Assembly: GCA_965243135.1 (NCBI GenBank) | Contig: OZ251539.1 | Coordinates: 4,128,001 to 4,192,000, forward strand | Length of the DNA stretch: 64,000 nt | Direction: 5' to 3' | Source of the DNA: Alphaproteobacteria bacterium | Lineage (GTDB): Bacteria; Pseudomonadota; Alphaproteobacteria; MPNO01; UBA830 | Shown: piece by piece, positions 29,832 through 39,005 of the stretch | Numbering within the stretch: the stretch's first letter is position 1 | How the letters are laid out: every line of letters begins with the position of its first letter | Made by a program: the position numbers and the translations under genes | The notes under the pieces: model-generated | Told to the model about the DNA's origin: nothing | The model's database searches: none | The model's input: the letters and a program-made list of their open reading frames with translations, nothing else

Positions 29832-31235
29832 ATGCGCGACCAATCGCTGCGAGGCCACATCGCAAACCTCGAACAGCAAGGCGAAACGATCCGCATCGCG
29901 AAGCGGACGAACCCGCGCGAGAACGTCTCCGCCATCGGATGGAAGGCCTACGACCGGCTCGGGAAGTCCACGCTGTTCACCGATCTGGAAGGCTTTCCGG
30001 GCTGGCGCGTGGCGAGTCAGATCGTCGCCGACCGGCGCAAGTGGTCGATCGCGCTCGGGCTTGCGGAAGACGAACTGATTTCCGCGCTTGCGGAGCGCAT
30101 CAAGCGGCGGGTGGCGCCCGTCGGGATCGACCGGCGCTCGGCTCCCGTGAAGGAGACGGTTCTGCGCGGCGCCGACGCCGACCTTACGCGCCTTCCGGCG
30201 CTGTGGCATGCGGAAGACGATCCGGGGCCGTACATCGCGTCGGGCATCGCAATCATCAAGGATCCCGAGACCGGCATTCGCAACATGTCCATCCACCGGC
30301 AGCAGGTCATGGGGCCGGATTCGACGGGTTTCCTGATCTGTCCCCGACACGCGCTTCGCATCTACCAGAAATACCAGGAGCGGGACGAGGCGATGCCGGT
30401 CGCGATGGTGATCGGCGCCCATCCGGCGCTCTACTACGCCGCGGCCTTCACCTCGTCCTACGGTCTCGACGAACTCGAAATCGCCGGCTCCCTGCTCGAC
30501 GATCCCGTCCGCCTAGTCAAATGCGAAACCATCGACCTCGAGGTGCCGGCGGAAGCGGAGATCGTCCTCGAAGGCGAGGTGCCGCCGCGCAGCAAGGTCG
30601 AGGAAGGGCCGTTCGGCGAGGCCACGGGCACCTACGCGATGGAGGGATCCACGGAGGTCTTCCGGGTCAAGGCGATCACGCATCGCCGCGACCCGATATT
30701 CTACGCAATGCAATGCGGCGCGCCCATGACGGACACGCAGTCGATCACCGCCACCTGCATCGAGACCGTGATCACCGACCATCTCCGGAACGTGGAAGGC
30801 GGCCTCGACCTGCTCGATCTGCGCTGCCTCGGGATCTCGGGCCTTATGGCCGTCGTCCTCAAGTTGCGGCCGCGCGTCGAAGGCCAGGCCAAGACGGCGG
30901 CGATGGCCGCCCTGTCGAGTCCGTACCTCCACCCAAAGGTCGCGATCGCGGTGGACGACGACATCGACGCGGCCGATCTGCGTCAGGTGTTCTGGTCCCT
31001 GACCACCCGGGTCGACGCCGGCCGCGACGTTATCAAGGTGCCCAATACGCGGATCTGGTCGCTCGACAACGTATCCGACATCGTTCCGGGCATGAGCCCG
31101 ATGTACCGGATCGGAACCAAGTTGATCATCGACGCCACGAAGCCGGCGGTTACCCAGACGGACGAACGGGCGCGGTTCGACCCGGCGATGCCGTTCGGCC
31201 ACGACCGGGTGAAGTTCGAAGACTTTCTGTCCTGA
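29832..31235 (+). CDS. UbiD-family prFMN-dependent (de)carboxylase
   Basis: DPGPYI, RNMSIHRQQ, VPAEAEIVLEG, EGPFGE, AVDDDID, IIDATKP; RBS GAGGAG. Confidence 0.92.
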   Translation: MRDQSLRGHIANLEQQGETIRIAKRTNPRENVSAIGWKAYDRLGKSTLFTDLEGFPGWRVASQIVADRRKWSIALGLAEDELISALAERIKRRVAPVGIDRRSAPVKETVLRGADADLTRLPALWHAEDDPGPYIASGIAIIKDPETGIRNMSIHRQQVMGPDSTGFLICPRHALRIYQKYQERDEAMPVAMVIGAHPALYYAAAFTSSYGLDELEIAGSLLDDPVRLVKCETIDLEVPAEAEIVLEGEVPPRSKVEEGPFGEATGTYAMEGSTEVFRVKAITHRRDPIFYAMQCGAPMTDTQSITATCIETVITDHLRNVEGGLDLLDLRCLGISGLMAVVLKLRPRVEGQAKTAAMAALSSPYLHPKVAIAVDDDIDAADLRQVFWSLTTRVDAGRDVIKVPNTRIWSLDNVSDIVPGMSPMYRIGTKLIIDATKPAVTQTDERARFDPAMPFGHDRVKFEDFLS

Positions 31236-31284
31236 AGGCCCGGACGGCGGAGCTGGCGGTCCGCGCGGAACGCGGAGGAAGCGA

Positions 31285-32232
31285 TCACGCCTCGGGCGCG
31301 TCGTGCAGGATTTGTTGCCAGACGGCGACCTCGTCGATCAGGATCCATTCGGCGACGATCCTGCCGCCGACCGCATGCGCGTGATTGATTCCGAAGAAGC
31401 GCGCCGTCTTTCCCGTCGGTTCGCCGAAAGCGCCGCGGCCGCCGTGGGTCGCCGCGACCGACCAGCGCATCGCGATGCGGACGGGGCGGTCCGCGTCGCG
31501 GCGGGCGATCAGGTGATCGACGGCGAATTCCGCATCCGGAAAAGCCGCGAGATAGCCAAGAAAGAAACGGTCCATGCCTGCATGCCCGACGGCCGACTCG
31601 CCGCCGGGCAGCGCCAAAGCGGCCGCCTCGTGATAGGTCTCGGCGACGGCCGAAAGCCTTTTTTCGTTCCAGGCATCGCGCCAGCAATTTGCGTAGGCAA
31701 CCGCGCATTCGTCCGCGCGTTCGCTCGCGCCGCCGCGCCATTGTCCGGGTCCGGCGGTTTGCGGACACGGTCCCAGCCGCGCCGCGAGATCGCGCGGGCG
31801 AAGGCCGATCCGGCGCGCCGCCGCGGCGCGGTCACGGACCATCCATTCCATGTGGATCCGGTTTTCGCGCACCGCGCAGTCGGCGATGGTCCTCGCCCTG
31901 ACCGGCTTGCCGGTCGCGGGGCCGAACAGGCCGTCGCCATCGTGATGCATCGTCGACAATATGCGGTGCGACGAATAGTAGCCTGCATCGTCGCCGCCCG
32001 CCCAGACCACGTCTTCGCCGAGCAGGCGGCGGTCCGGAAACTCGTGCATCGTCTCGAGGGTGCTCGCCACTACGGCTTCGGCGCCGCGCATGTCGCCGGC
32101 CGGCGTGCGGACGACGCAGTCCGGCGCGTAGTATCGACGGATCAGGTCGGGCCGGCGTCCCTCCCAGATCCGCGCCGTTATTTTGAGGATGTAGTCGGGA
32201 AGGTCTTCGAAATCGGGATCGAATCCGCGCAT
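31285..32232 (-). CDS. Tandem SnoaL/ester-cyclase (NTF2-like) protein
   Basis: Two repeats of 'IWE/AWN...YY...FPD...H.G.G.FG..TGK...EW'. Confidence 0.75.
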   Translation of the reverse strand: MRGFDPDFEDLPDYILKITARIWEGRRPDLIRRYYAPDCVVRTPAGDMRGAEAVVASTLETMHEFPDRRLLGEDVVWAGGDDAGYYSSHRILSTMHHDGDGLFGPATGKPVRARTIADCAVRENRIHMEWMVRDRAAAARRIGLRPRDLAARLGPCPQTAGPGQWRGGASERADECAVAYANCWRDAWNEKRLSAVAETYHEAAALALPGGESAVGHAGMDRFFLGYLAAFPDAEFAVDHLIARRDADRPVRIAMRWSVAATHGGRGAFGEPTGKTARFFGINHAHAVGGRIVAEWILIDEVAVWQQILHDAPEA

Positions 32233-32402
32233 GCCGTTGCCGTTCCTTCCTTCCATGACGCTTGCGCGCCGATCTTCCGCCCGCCGCAGGCGCGAATCGG
32301 TTCCGTCAGTATACCCCTTCGGAAAGCCCGGCGCCTCGGAGTTGATAAAGGGCCTTAAATAAAGGCGGCCGGAACAAAAATCAGGAATACGCAAATCGCG
32401 CT

Positions 32403-34064
32403 TCAAGTGCGGAACGGCTCGAATTCGTCAAATCCAGATCTGGACATATGTTGTTCGATCGCGCTGGCGGTACGAAGCGCCCGCCGTTGTTTCAGATCCG
32501 CGACCCATATGAATTTTCGACCCTTTACGCTTTTGAAATGCAGTCTGCCGCGTTTCCCGTTTTTGACAGCCAAAACGGTTTTGGTTTCCGGATCCGGTTC
32601 AAACTCGAATGACGCGACTTTCGTATAACCCTTGTCTGGAACTCTAAGGCCGATGAAACTTGTTTCGGTCTTGCTGATTCCACATGGCACCACATGTTCC
32701 GGCTGTTTCTCTTCCTCCTTGAGCGGCACAAAAAGAAACGCCTGCGCTGTCTCCAAGCGCACCGAATCGCAGCTCGCCTGAAGGCAAAGCCAATGGTTGC
32801 GTTTGGGATCCAGAACGATTGTACCGAGACCAAGTTCCGGAGAGAATTTTAGCTGCTTTATCGCATAATCATCCGGATGCGAACGCGTACCCGTCAGCGC
32901 TGCAAATTTCTTCATCAACATATTGGCTTCAGCGGAATTTTTGGCAAATAGAGAGGTAAACGACTTCTTGAATCTTTCATTACCTGGCCTTCGAGCGACA
33001 TTGATTAAATTAGGAACATTCCGATATCCATTTAGTATCATCTCAATGACATCATTGACTTGTATGTCCGTTTCATTGTCGTTTTCGTCAATAAATTTGA
33101 GGCTATTACGCTCACCCGCTATCGATTGCACTCGACGTTCCAAAGCGGATTGACCAGCCAGATCCCGCCCGACTTTCCGAAGTCTTGTTGCGCTTGCCAG
33201 TTCCGAAAGAACGAGGTTGACCGCATATTCCTCCGCCTCGTCAGGAACCGGGATGCTCGCCCTATGATGAAAGTACGGTCCGTCCATGTCTCCGCTGAAG
33301 CTGCCCACGACTTGGTGCGTCACGTCTCTGATTTTTGCGACGGTCCCGAGCGCCACGTTCGACAACAGTCCCTCGGACAGCTTGGAAAACTCCTGCAACA
33401 GACGGTCCGGCAGTTCGGACTCGCTTATCTGATCGTTCGCCGAACCCGCTTGAAGCCTGGTACCATGTTTTTTGAACAGGCATACGATTTTCAACCCCAC
33501 TACGCTCCGTATTTCTCTTTTGTCGGAGACGCTCAATTTCATTCGCGATCGCTCGGCTGGCGTCCAAGATGTTTTGATGTCATTCAGTATCTTTCTCCGT
33601 CCGCGTTCCCCGGTATATATCGCGATCAGGCGAAGCCGACCGTTTCGTTCCTGATCGTGTCGGACAATCTCCCTGATCAGCGAACAGGTTGTCGCCCCGC
33701 TGTCGCCGTGGATTTCCCAGTCCAGACACACGATGTCCACTCGCGCCGCGGCTTTCAACACTCTCTGCGTGAGTTGATTCTGATTCTCTCCATGACGGTG
33801 ATGAAGCACGGAGCAGACCAACCCGATATCCATTGCGCCGTCCACGAGGGATTTTGCGTCGAGCACGTGAGTGACGTCTTGCTTTCCGGCAACGACATCG
33901 TCATTCTCTGCCGCCCGACGATGGCCGCGTCCCGGTCGAACGACAACGTTCGGCACTGGATCTTCGACGGTCTCCAAGGTGGCTTCGTCATCCACCACGA
34001 TCATGGTCTGAGCGAAACTTTCGGCAGCCTTCCGTCGATCCTCGCAAAAATCATCCCTCGTCAC
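32403..34064 (-). CDS. Large response-regulator receiver-domain protein with uncharacterised C-terminus
   Basis: IVVDDE acidic pocket, CLDW phosphoacceptor-like Asp, IYTG, LFKK; GTG start after GGAGAG overlapping the kinase 3' end. Confidence 0.8.
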   Translation of the reverse strand: MTRDDFCEDRRKAAESFAQTMIVVDDEATLETVEDPVPNVVVRPGRGHRRAAENDDVVAGKQDVTHVLDAKSLVDGAMDIGLVCSVLHHRHGENQNQLTQRVLKAAARVDIVCLDWEIHGDSGATTCSLIREIVRHDQERNGRLRLIAIYTGERGRRKILNDIKTSWTPAERSRMKLSVSDKREIRSVVGLKIVCLFKKHGTRLQAGSANDQISESELPDRLLQEFSKLSEGLLSNVALGTVAKIRDVTHQVVGSFSGDMDGPYFHHRASIPVPDEAEEYAVNLVLSELASATRLRKVGRDLAGQSALERRVQSIAGERNSLKFIDENDNETDIQVNDVIEMILNGYRNVPNLINVARRPGNERFKKSFTSLFAKNSAEANMLMKKFAALTGTRSHPDDYAIKQLKFSPELGLGTIVLDPKRNHWLCLQASCDSVRLETAQAFLFVPLKEEEKQPEHVVPCGISKTETSFIGLRVPDKGYTKVASFEFEPDPETKTVLAVKNGKRGRLHFKSVKGRKFIWVADLKQRRALRTASAIEQHMSRSGFDEFEPFRT

Positions 34065-37026
34065 TGTTTCTCTCCATTCGCGAAATTCTGAACGCCGCTC
34101 CCGTGGAAGGCTTCCCGGCTTCAAGCGTCAGGTTCCAACCCTCCTTGTTCAACGCCGCCCTCGATATATGGAGCCCCATTCCCCTGCCTCCCGGTTTTCT
34201 CGAAAACCGCAACAGGAAAATGTTGGTGCGATCTCCCGCCCTTACGCCGGGGCCGTTGTCCCGAACCACCAAGGCCCCGTCTTCGGCGTCCAATTCGATC
34301 TCGCGCGGGCGATCCTTTATGTCCTTCAACCAGAATATCGAGTTGTCGACTAGGTTGGCGAAGGCCGAATAGAAGGTCGAAGGGTAACTGACGACCGTCG
34401 CTTCCCGGAAAGCGTCCGTAGTCGTCAAGGCAACGGAGTGGCGTTCCAGCCGCTGTTCGAACAGATCCCTGATGAACTTGTATATCTCCGTACCGCGAAC
34501 CTCCACCCGGTTGCCGTAAAGTCGACGGTCGAATGGCGTGAACATGGTCAGATAACCGTCGAGATGATCGAATGCGCCCCTCATGTCTCTGTAGAGATTG
34601 TCCATATCAGGATTGGCTCGGGCCCAAGCCCGCAATCTTCTGAAGCCGTCTCTGAGCGCGCCAACCGTCTTCTCGAACTCGTGGCTGACGATGCTCACGG
34701 CCATTCCAATCTGGGCCATTTCCAGATCGGTGTCGCGCTGTTCGCGAAGATCCTCCAGTTCTTCTTCCATCGCTACGACCACGTCAATCGAATCGAACTC
34801 CCCTTCCGACCACGATTGACCTAATTCGTCGAATTGCTCCTTCAGGCGCTGGAGACGTATGCGCTCGCGTTCGAACGCGCTGTCGATCTTCTGCTCCAGT
34901 TCCCTGCGTTTCCCGGCGAGGGCATCGACTCCGACCTGCGCGCGCTTTAGTCTCTCCAGTTCGGAAAGGACTTCGTCTACGGTGGAGTTCACGGTTCTGA
35001 AGCTGTTTCTCGTCGTGGACTGCGCGATGGCAGCCACCTTCGAAACCGCTTCGTCCGACTCTTTTCTCAGGCGACGAACCGCTCCTACGGCTGTCTGGCT
35101 TCGCGACCGCACCGCCGAGTCGATTCGCACGAATTGATGGAATGGCAGCTTGAAGTTCGCCGCCGAAGTGCCGACATATTCCTCGATCTGCAATTCGGCC
35201 GGGCCGAGAACGTCGCTTTCCAGCCGTTCGAACTCGCGCGTATAGTCGAGCCACTGGTTGGACAGCCTTCGGGGCAATCCAACTCTCGGCCTGACGACGA
35301 TCGATCGTGCGCGGATCTCCTGCAGCTCTCCGCGCCCGTCCCTCTCTATCCTCATGAGCGCCAGCGCTTTCCCTCTAGGATCGCGTTTTGACCGAAGCAC
35401 CCGATCAGTTCCCCGTTTGACCTTCTCCAGCGTTTCTTCCGTTTCCTTCTCTATAGCGTGCCCGGCAAGTCCGTCAAAAAACAGTTCGAGAGACCGTTCG
35501 AAATTCTGCCGTTTGGAACTAGCCTGCCGCGCTCGGCGCTTTCGGCTTTCGTCCGCTTTCTGGAGTTCTTGCCTTTTCCGTTCCCAGTCTTCCGAGCGGT
35601 TTCCGTCTTCGCGGAAAAAATCGCCAGCGGACTGAAGAAAAAAATTGATGAGAATCGAGCGGAACTGACGATACGCTAGATTCTCGCTGAAGCCCTCCCT
35701 CCCGGCCTTTTCGTTCAAGGCTCCGTTGGCGGCGGCAGTGAGTTCTATCGCGCCGAACATTCGCCGAAACGAATAGAAGTAGTAGCCCGCGCCAAGCGTG
35801 CGGCGCCTTTCGATGTCCAGCCAGTCGTAATCCGCTCCTCCGTATGGCTGAACCCGGATACCGTCTCTGTATATGTATATTCCGCCCAGTCTGCCGGTTT
35901 TCCGGCTCATGCGCGCAAAATCCTCCGGCGGCACCAGGGATGCGGAGCGTTCGCCCTGCAGGATGGCGACCGACAGATCGAAGGGCCCGCATATCGTCTT
36001 GCGGCCGTCTCCCTCGTTCCAGCTCAGCACGTATCTATCCGGTTTCGTCTGATAGACGTGGACATTTCCCTGAAACTGACCGTATTCGTCGAAGCGGCCT
36101 TCGATGCGATGATCGACCATCAGGAATTCGTCTGGAGTGAAAAACGCGCTTTCGCCGATAAACTCCCGCGGCGCGCCTTCGTCCGGATAGTCTCGAAAGC
36201 GCGCCACGATTGGCGGAGGCTTGCTTCCCGGCGTCATGGTGTTCGTGAAGCCGAGAAGGTGCTTCTCGAAGTTCGTCGCCTTGTCCTGCTCCCTTGTATC
36301 CATGTCGTCCTGGACAAGGCGTTCCATCGGTCTGACGAAGAAGTGGGTGCCGGCGCCTTCGCCGGAAAGGGAGGGCGCGCCGAGCTCCGCGTTCAACTTG
36401 CGCGGATCGAGGTCGAATTCGTCCAGATCCCGCCTGATCGCCGCGAGGCGGTCGCGGTCGATCCGATCGGCAAGCCTGTCCACGACATTCGAATACTCGG
36501 CCGTCATCTCCCTGACCGCCGCTCCGTCCGGCAGTGCGGCCGCCGGAAATTCCCGGACGGGGATTTCAATCTCGTCGAGATCGAGTCCTGGAAGCTCGAA
36601 GAGTTTCCAATTCACGAAGGCCGCGACCAGCCCGTCGCCGGGAACGCCGTTCCTTCTGGCGCGGGTAAGGATGAATAGCTGGGGGCCGAGAATCGCGGCC
36701 GCGAGACGTCCGATTCCTTTTTCTCCAAGTGTCGGCCGCTTCGGCTGATCCGGATCCCTTGGGGGCGGCGGCAATCCTTGTTTCGTCCCCAGCTTGCTTT
36801 CCGTCCCCAAGGTGAGCCAGCGTTTCTCGAAATCGTCGCGCGTCATGCCGAGGCCGTCGTCCCGAAGCACCAGCAAGTCGTCTTCGCGGAAATAGTCGAC
36901 CTCCACGTTCCGGGCGTAGGCGTCATGGGCGTTCTTGAACAGCTCGCTGATCGCGGTCGGAATGCCGGCGATCTGCTGCCGGCCCAGCATGTCGACGGTA
37001 CGCGCGCGTACGTGAAACCTGGCCAT
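34051..37026 (-). CDS. MORC/MutL-like GHKL ATPase fused via coiled coil to a histidine kinase
   Basis: N-terminal ELFKNAHDA, DDGLGM, GEKGIGRL; long charged helical middle; C-terminal H-box SHEF, N-box NLVDNS, DNGPG, GRGMGL. Confidence 0.88.
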   Translation of the reverse strand: MARFHVRARTVDMLGRQQIAGIPTAISELFKNAHDAYARNVEVDYFREDDLLVLRDDGLGMTRDDFEKRWLTLGTESKLGTKQGLPPPPRDPDQPKRPTLGEKGIGRLAAAILGPQLFILTRARRNGVPGDGLVAAFVNWKLFELPGLDLDEIEIPVREFPAAALPDGAAVREMTAEYSNVVDRLADRIDRDRLAAIRRDLDEFDLDPRKLNAELGAPSLSGEGAGTHFFVRPMERLVQDDMDTREQDKATNFEKHLLGFTNTMTPGSKPPPIVARFRDYPDEGAPREFIGESAFFTPDEFLMVDHRIEGRFDEYGQFQGNVHVYQTKPDRYVLSWNEGDGRKTICGPFDLSVAILQGERSASLVPPEDFARMSRKTGRLGGIYIYRDGIRVQPYGGADYDWLDIERRRTLGAGYYFYSFRRMFGAIELTAAANGALNEKAGREGFSENLAYRQFRSILINFFLQSAGDFFREDGNRSEDWERKRQELQKADESRKRRARQASSKRQNFERSLELFFDGLAGHAIEKETEETLEKVKRGTDRVLRSKRDPRGKALALMRIERDGRGELQEIRARSIVVRPRVGLPRRLSNQWLDYTREFERLESDVLGPAELQIEEYVGTSAANFKLPFHQFVRIDSAVRSRSQTAVGAVRRLRKESDEAVSKVAAIAQSTTRNSFRTVNSTVDEVLSELERLKRAQVGVDALAGKRRELEQKIDSAFERERIRLQRLKEQFDELGQSWSEGEFDSIDVVVAMEEELEDLREQRDTDLEMAQIGMAVSIVSHEFEKTVGALRDGFRRLRAWARANPDMDNLYRDMRGAFDHLDGYLTMFTPFDRRLYGNRVEVRGTEIYKFIRDLFEQRLERHSVALTTTDAFREATVVSYPSTFYSAFANLVDNSIFWLKDIKDRPREIELDAEDGALVVRDNGPGVRAGDRTNIFLLRFSRKPGGRGMGLHISRAALNKEGWNLTLEAGKPSTGAAFRISRMERNSDEG

Positions 37027-38112
37027 CTATCCCGCGCAGGTCCGGCAGACTTCCTCATGCCGAAGGACATGCCTGCCGACGGCGCTCGCCAGCCTGACCG
37101 GAACCGCGTTCCCGATCTGACGCGCCATTGACCCTATACCTCCGAAAAATTCGAACGAATCGGCGAAAGTCTGAAGTCTCGCCGCTTCCCGTACGCTCAG
37201 CGCCCTGTTCTGCTCAGGATGTCCGTAGCGCCCGTTCGAAAGGCTGATGCACCGGGTCGTCAGGGCAGCTGCGGGCCGGTCCTTGCGAAGTCTTCCGTAA
37301 ACGTCCGTATGGCCCTTGTAATTGTTGTGGCAATCAAGTCTGAGGCGCTCAGGCCAGCTTTCCCGTCCGCAGCCGGGAGGGGTCGCCCGGATTCGCTCCA
37401 GATTTATCCGCGACAGGTTCGCCGCGCAATGATTGGCGATTTTCTCGCAGGATTGGCCGGCCTCCAGCGAGGGAAGGTCCTCGATCCATTTCCACACGGA
37501 CTCCGGTTCAGGATGGTCGGTGCCGGGTCCGTGCGTCGCGTCCGGCACCTCGATCGGGCCGAGCAGGCTGGCCAGCAATACGAAGCGCCGACGGTATTGA
37601 GGGACGCCGAAGTCCTGCGCCTTCAGAATCCCCGTGTCGTGTTTGTATCCCAGCCTATCGAGCAGTTCGGTAAACCTGTCCAGCGGCCCCCCCTTTTTGT
37701 TGTCGACGTCCTGAAGTCCGGCGACATTCTCGACGAAGACGTAATCAGGTCGAAAGGTTCCGATGAACCGGTGGATTTCGTCGAGCAGGCTGGCGCGGGT
37801 GTCCTTGCGGTCCCGGGTCGTCCGTTGCCTGGTGAACGGCTGGCAGGGAGCGCAGGCCGAAAACAGCAACGGGCGCTTCCGGTTTTCCCGGTTCTCCGGA
37901 ATCACCGATGTCAGATCGCTATGCCGGAGATGCCGGATGTCTTTCAGGAAAAATTTCGCATCCGGAAAATTCCCGGCGAACGTGCGCCCGGCATCGGCAT
38001 CATTGTCGATCCCCGCAAGGATCCTCATGCCCACCTCCTGCAGCCCGGCACTCGTGCCTCCGCATCCGCAGAAGAAGTCAACCACTTCGATCACAGACAA
38101 CCCGCCATGCAT
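37027..38112 (-). CDS. DNA (cytosine-5) methyltransferase
   Basis: Motif I FCGCGG, IV PCQ, VI ENV, VIII QYRRR, IX/X REAARLQTF...QIGNAVP. Confidence 0.95.
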   Translation of the reverse strand: MHGGLSVIEVVDFFCGCGGTSAGLQEVGMRILAGIDNDADAGRTFAGNFPDAKFFLKDIRHLRHSDLTSVIPENRENRKRPLLFSACAPCQPFTRQRTTRDRKDTRASLLDEIHRFIGTFRPDYVFVENVAGLQDVDNKKGGPLDRFTELLDRLGYKHDTGILKAQDFGVPQYRRRFVLLASLLGPIEVPDATHGPGTDHPEPESVWKWIEDLPSLEAGQSCEKIANHCAANLSRINLERIRATPPGCGRESWPERLRLDCHNNYKGHTDVYGRLRKDRPAAALTTRCISLSNGRYGHPEQNRALSVREAARLQTFADSFEFFGGIGSMARQIGNAVPVRLASAVGRHVLRHEEVCRTCAG

Positions 38113-38225
38113 TCGACCAATCGCGGACAGCCCGAATCCCCGCCATCCCCTGAGCTCTTCATAGCATCGGCAGAGGAAATTTCCAGAAATTTGAGAACTT
38201 TGGATATGCGTCGCACCGGCGCGCG

Positions 38226-38265
38226 TTGACTTCCATTGCGAAACGCTTTAGAACAAAAGATGAAT
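38226..38265 (+). promoter_or_regulatory. imuA promoter with alphaproteobacterial LexA (SOS) box
   Basis: TTGACT(38226)-N17-TAGAAC(38249) overlapped by GAAC-AAAAGAT-GAAT (38251-38265), matching GAAC-N7-GAAY. Confidence 0.8.
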
Positions 38266-38279
38266 CTCCGGATGACGCC

Positions 38280-39005
38280 ATGCTTGAACGATACTCACGA
38301 AGCCGGTCCGCCGGCGACGGTGCGGCGGCCGGCCCCGAGGCCGTCCGGCGGGCCGACGCAAGCGCGCCGGTCGACCCTTCGGACCTCGGGTTTCTGCGCA
38401 GCGCCCTGCACGAGGTGTTCGCCGCGGACGCGGGCGCCGCGACGGCTTTCTGCGCTCTGCTGGCCGGCCGGCTGGCCCGCGCCGGAAACTTCGTCCTTTG
38501 GTGCGAACAGCCCCGGGCGCTCGACGCCGGCGAGCTTTACGCACCGGCGCTGCGGACTTTCGGCGTCGATCCCGAGCGGATGCTTCTGGTGCGGGCGCGA
38601 CGCGACGCGGATGCGCTATGGGCGATGGAAGAGGGTTTGCGCAGCCGCAGCCTCGCCGCGGCGGTCGGCGAAGTCGCCGAACTGAGCCTGACCGCCGCCC
38701 GCCGCCTGCAACTTGCCGCCGAGGCCGGCGGCGCCGCGGCGATCGTCCTGCGGCCGAATCGCGAGACGCCGTCGCCGGGAGCCGCCGCGACGCGCTGGCG
38801 CATCGGCGAACCGCCGGCCCGAACGGTCGACGCGCCGCGGCAGCCGGCTTCCCCGGGCCTCGGCGCAGCGCAATGGCGGGCGAGGCCGTTTCGCTGCCGG
38901 GGCGGCGCCTTCCGAATGATCGAGTGGAACCATGAAACGGGTGATTTCTCTGTGGCTGCCCCGGTTCGCGACGGACCGCGCGCGCTGCCGGAACCGGCCG
39001 GATAG
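38280..39005 (+). CDS. imuA: ImuA (RecA-like mutasome accessory protein)
   Basis: ALHEV, DALWAMEEGLR, LTAARRLQLAAE, AATRWRI; upstream of imuB. Confidence 0.88.
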   Translation: MLERYSRSRSAGDGAAAGPEAVRRADASAPVDPSDLGFLRSALHEVFAADAGAATAFCALLAGRLARAGNFVLWCEQPRALDAGELYAPALRTFGVDPERMLLVRARRDADALWAMEEGLRSRSLAAAVGEVAELSLTAARRLQLAAEAGGAAAIVLRPNRETPSPGAAATRWRIGEPPARTVDAPRQPASPGLGAAQWRARPFRCRGGAFRMIEWNHETGDFSVAAPVRDGPRALPEPAG

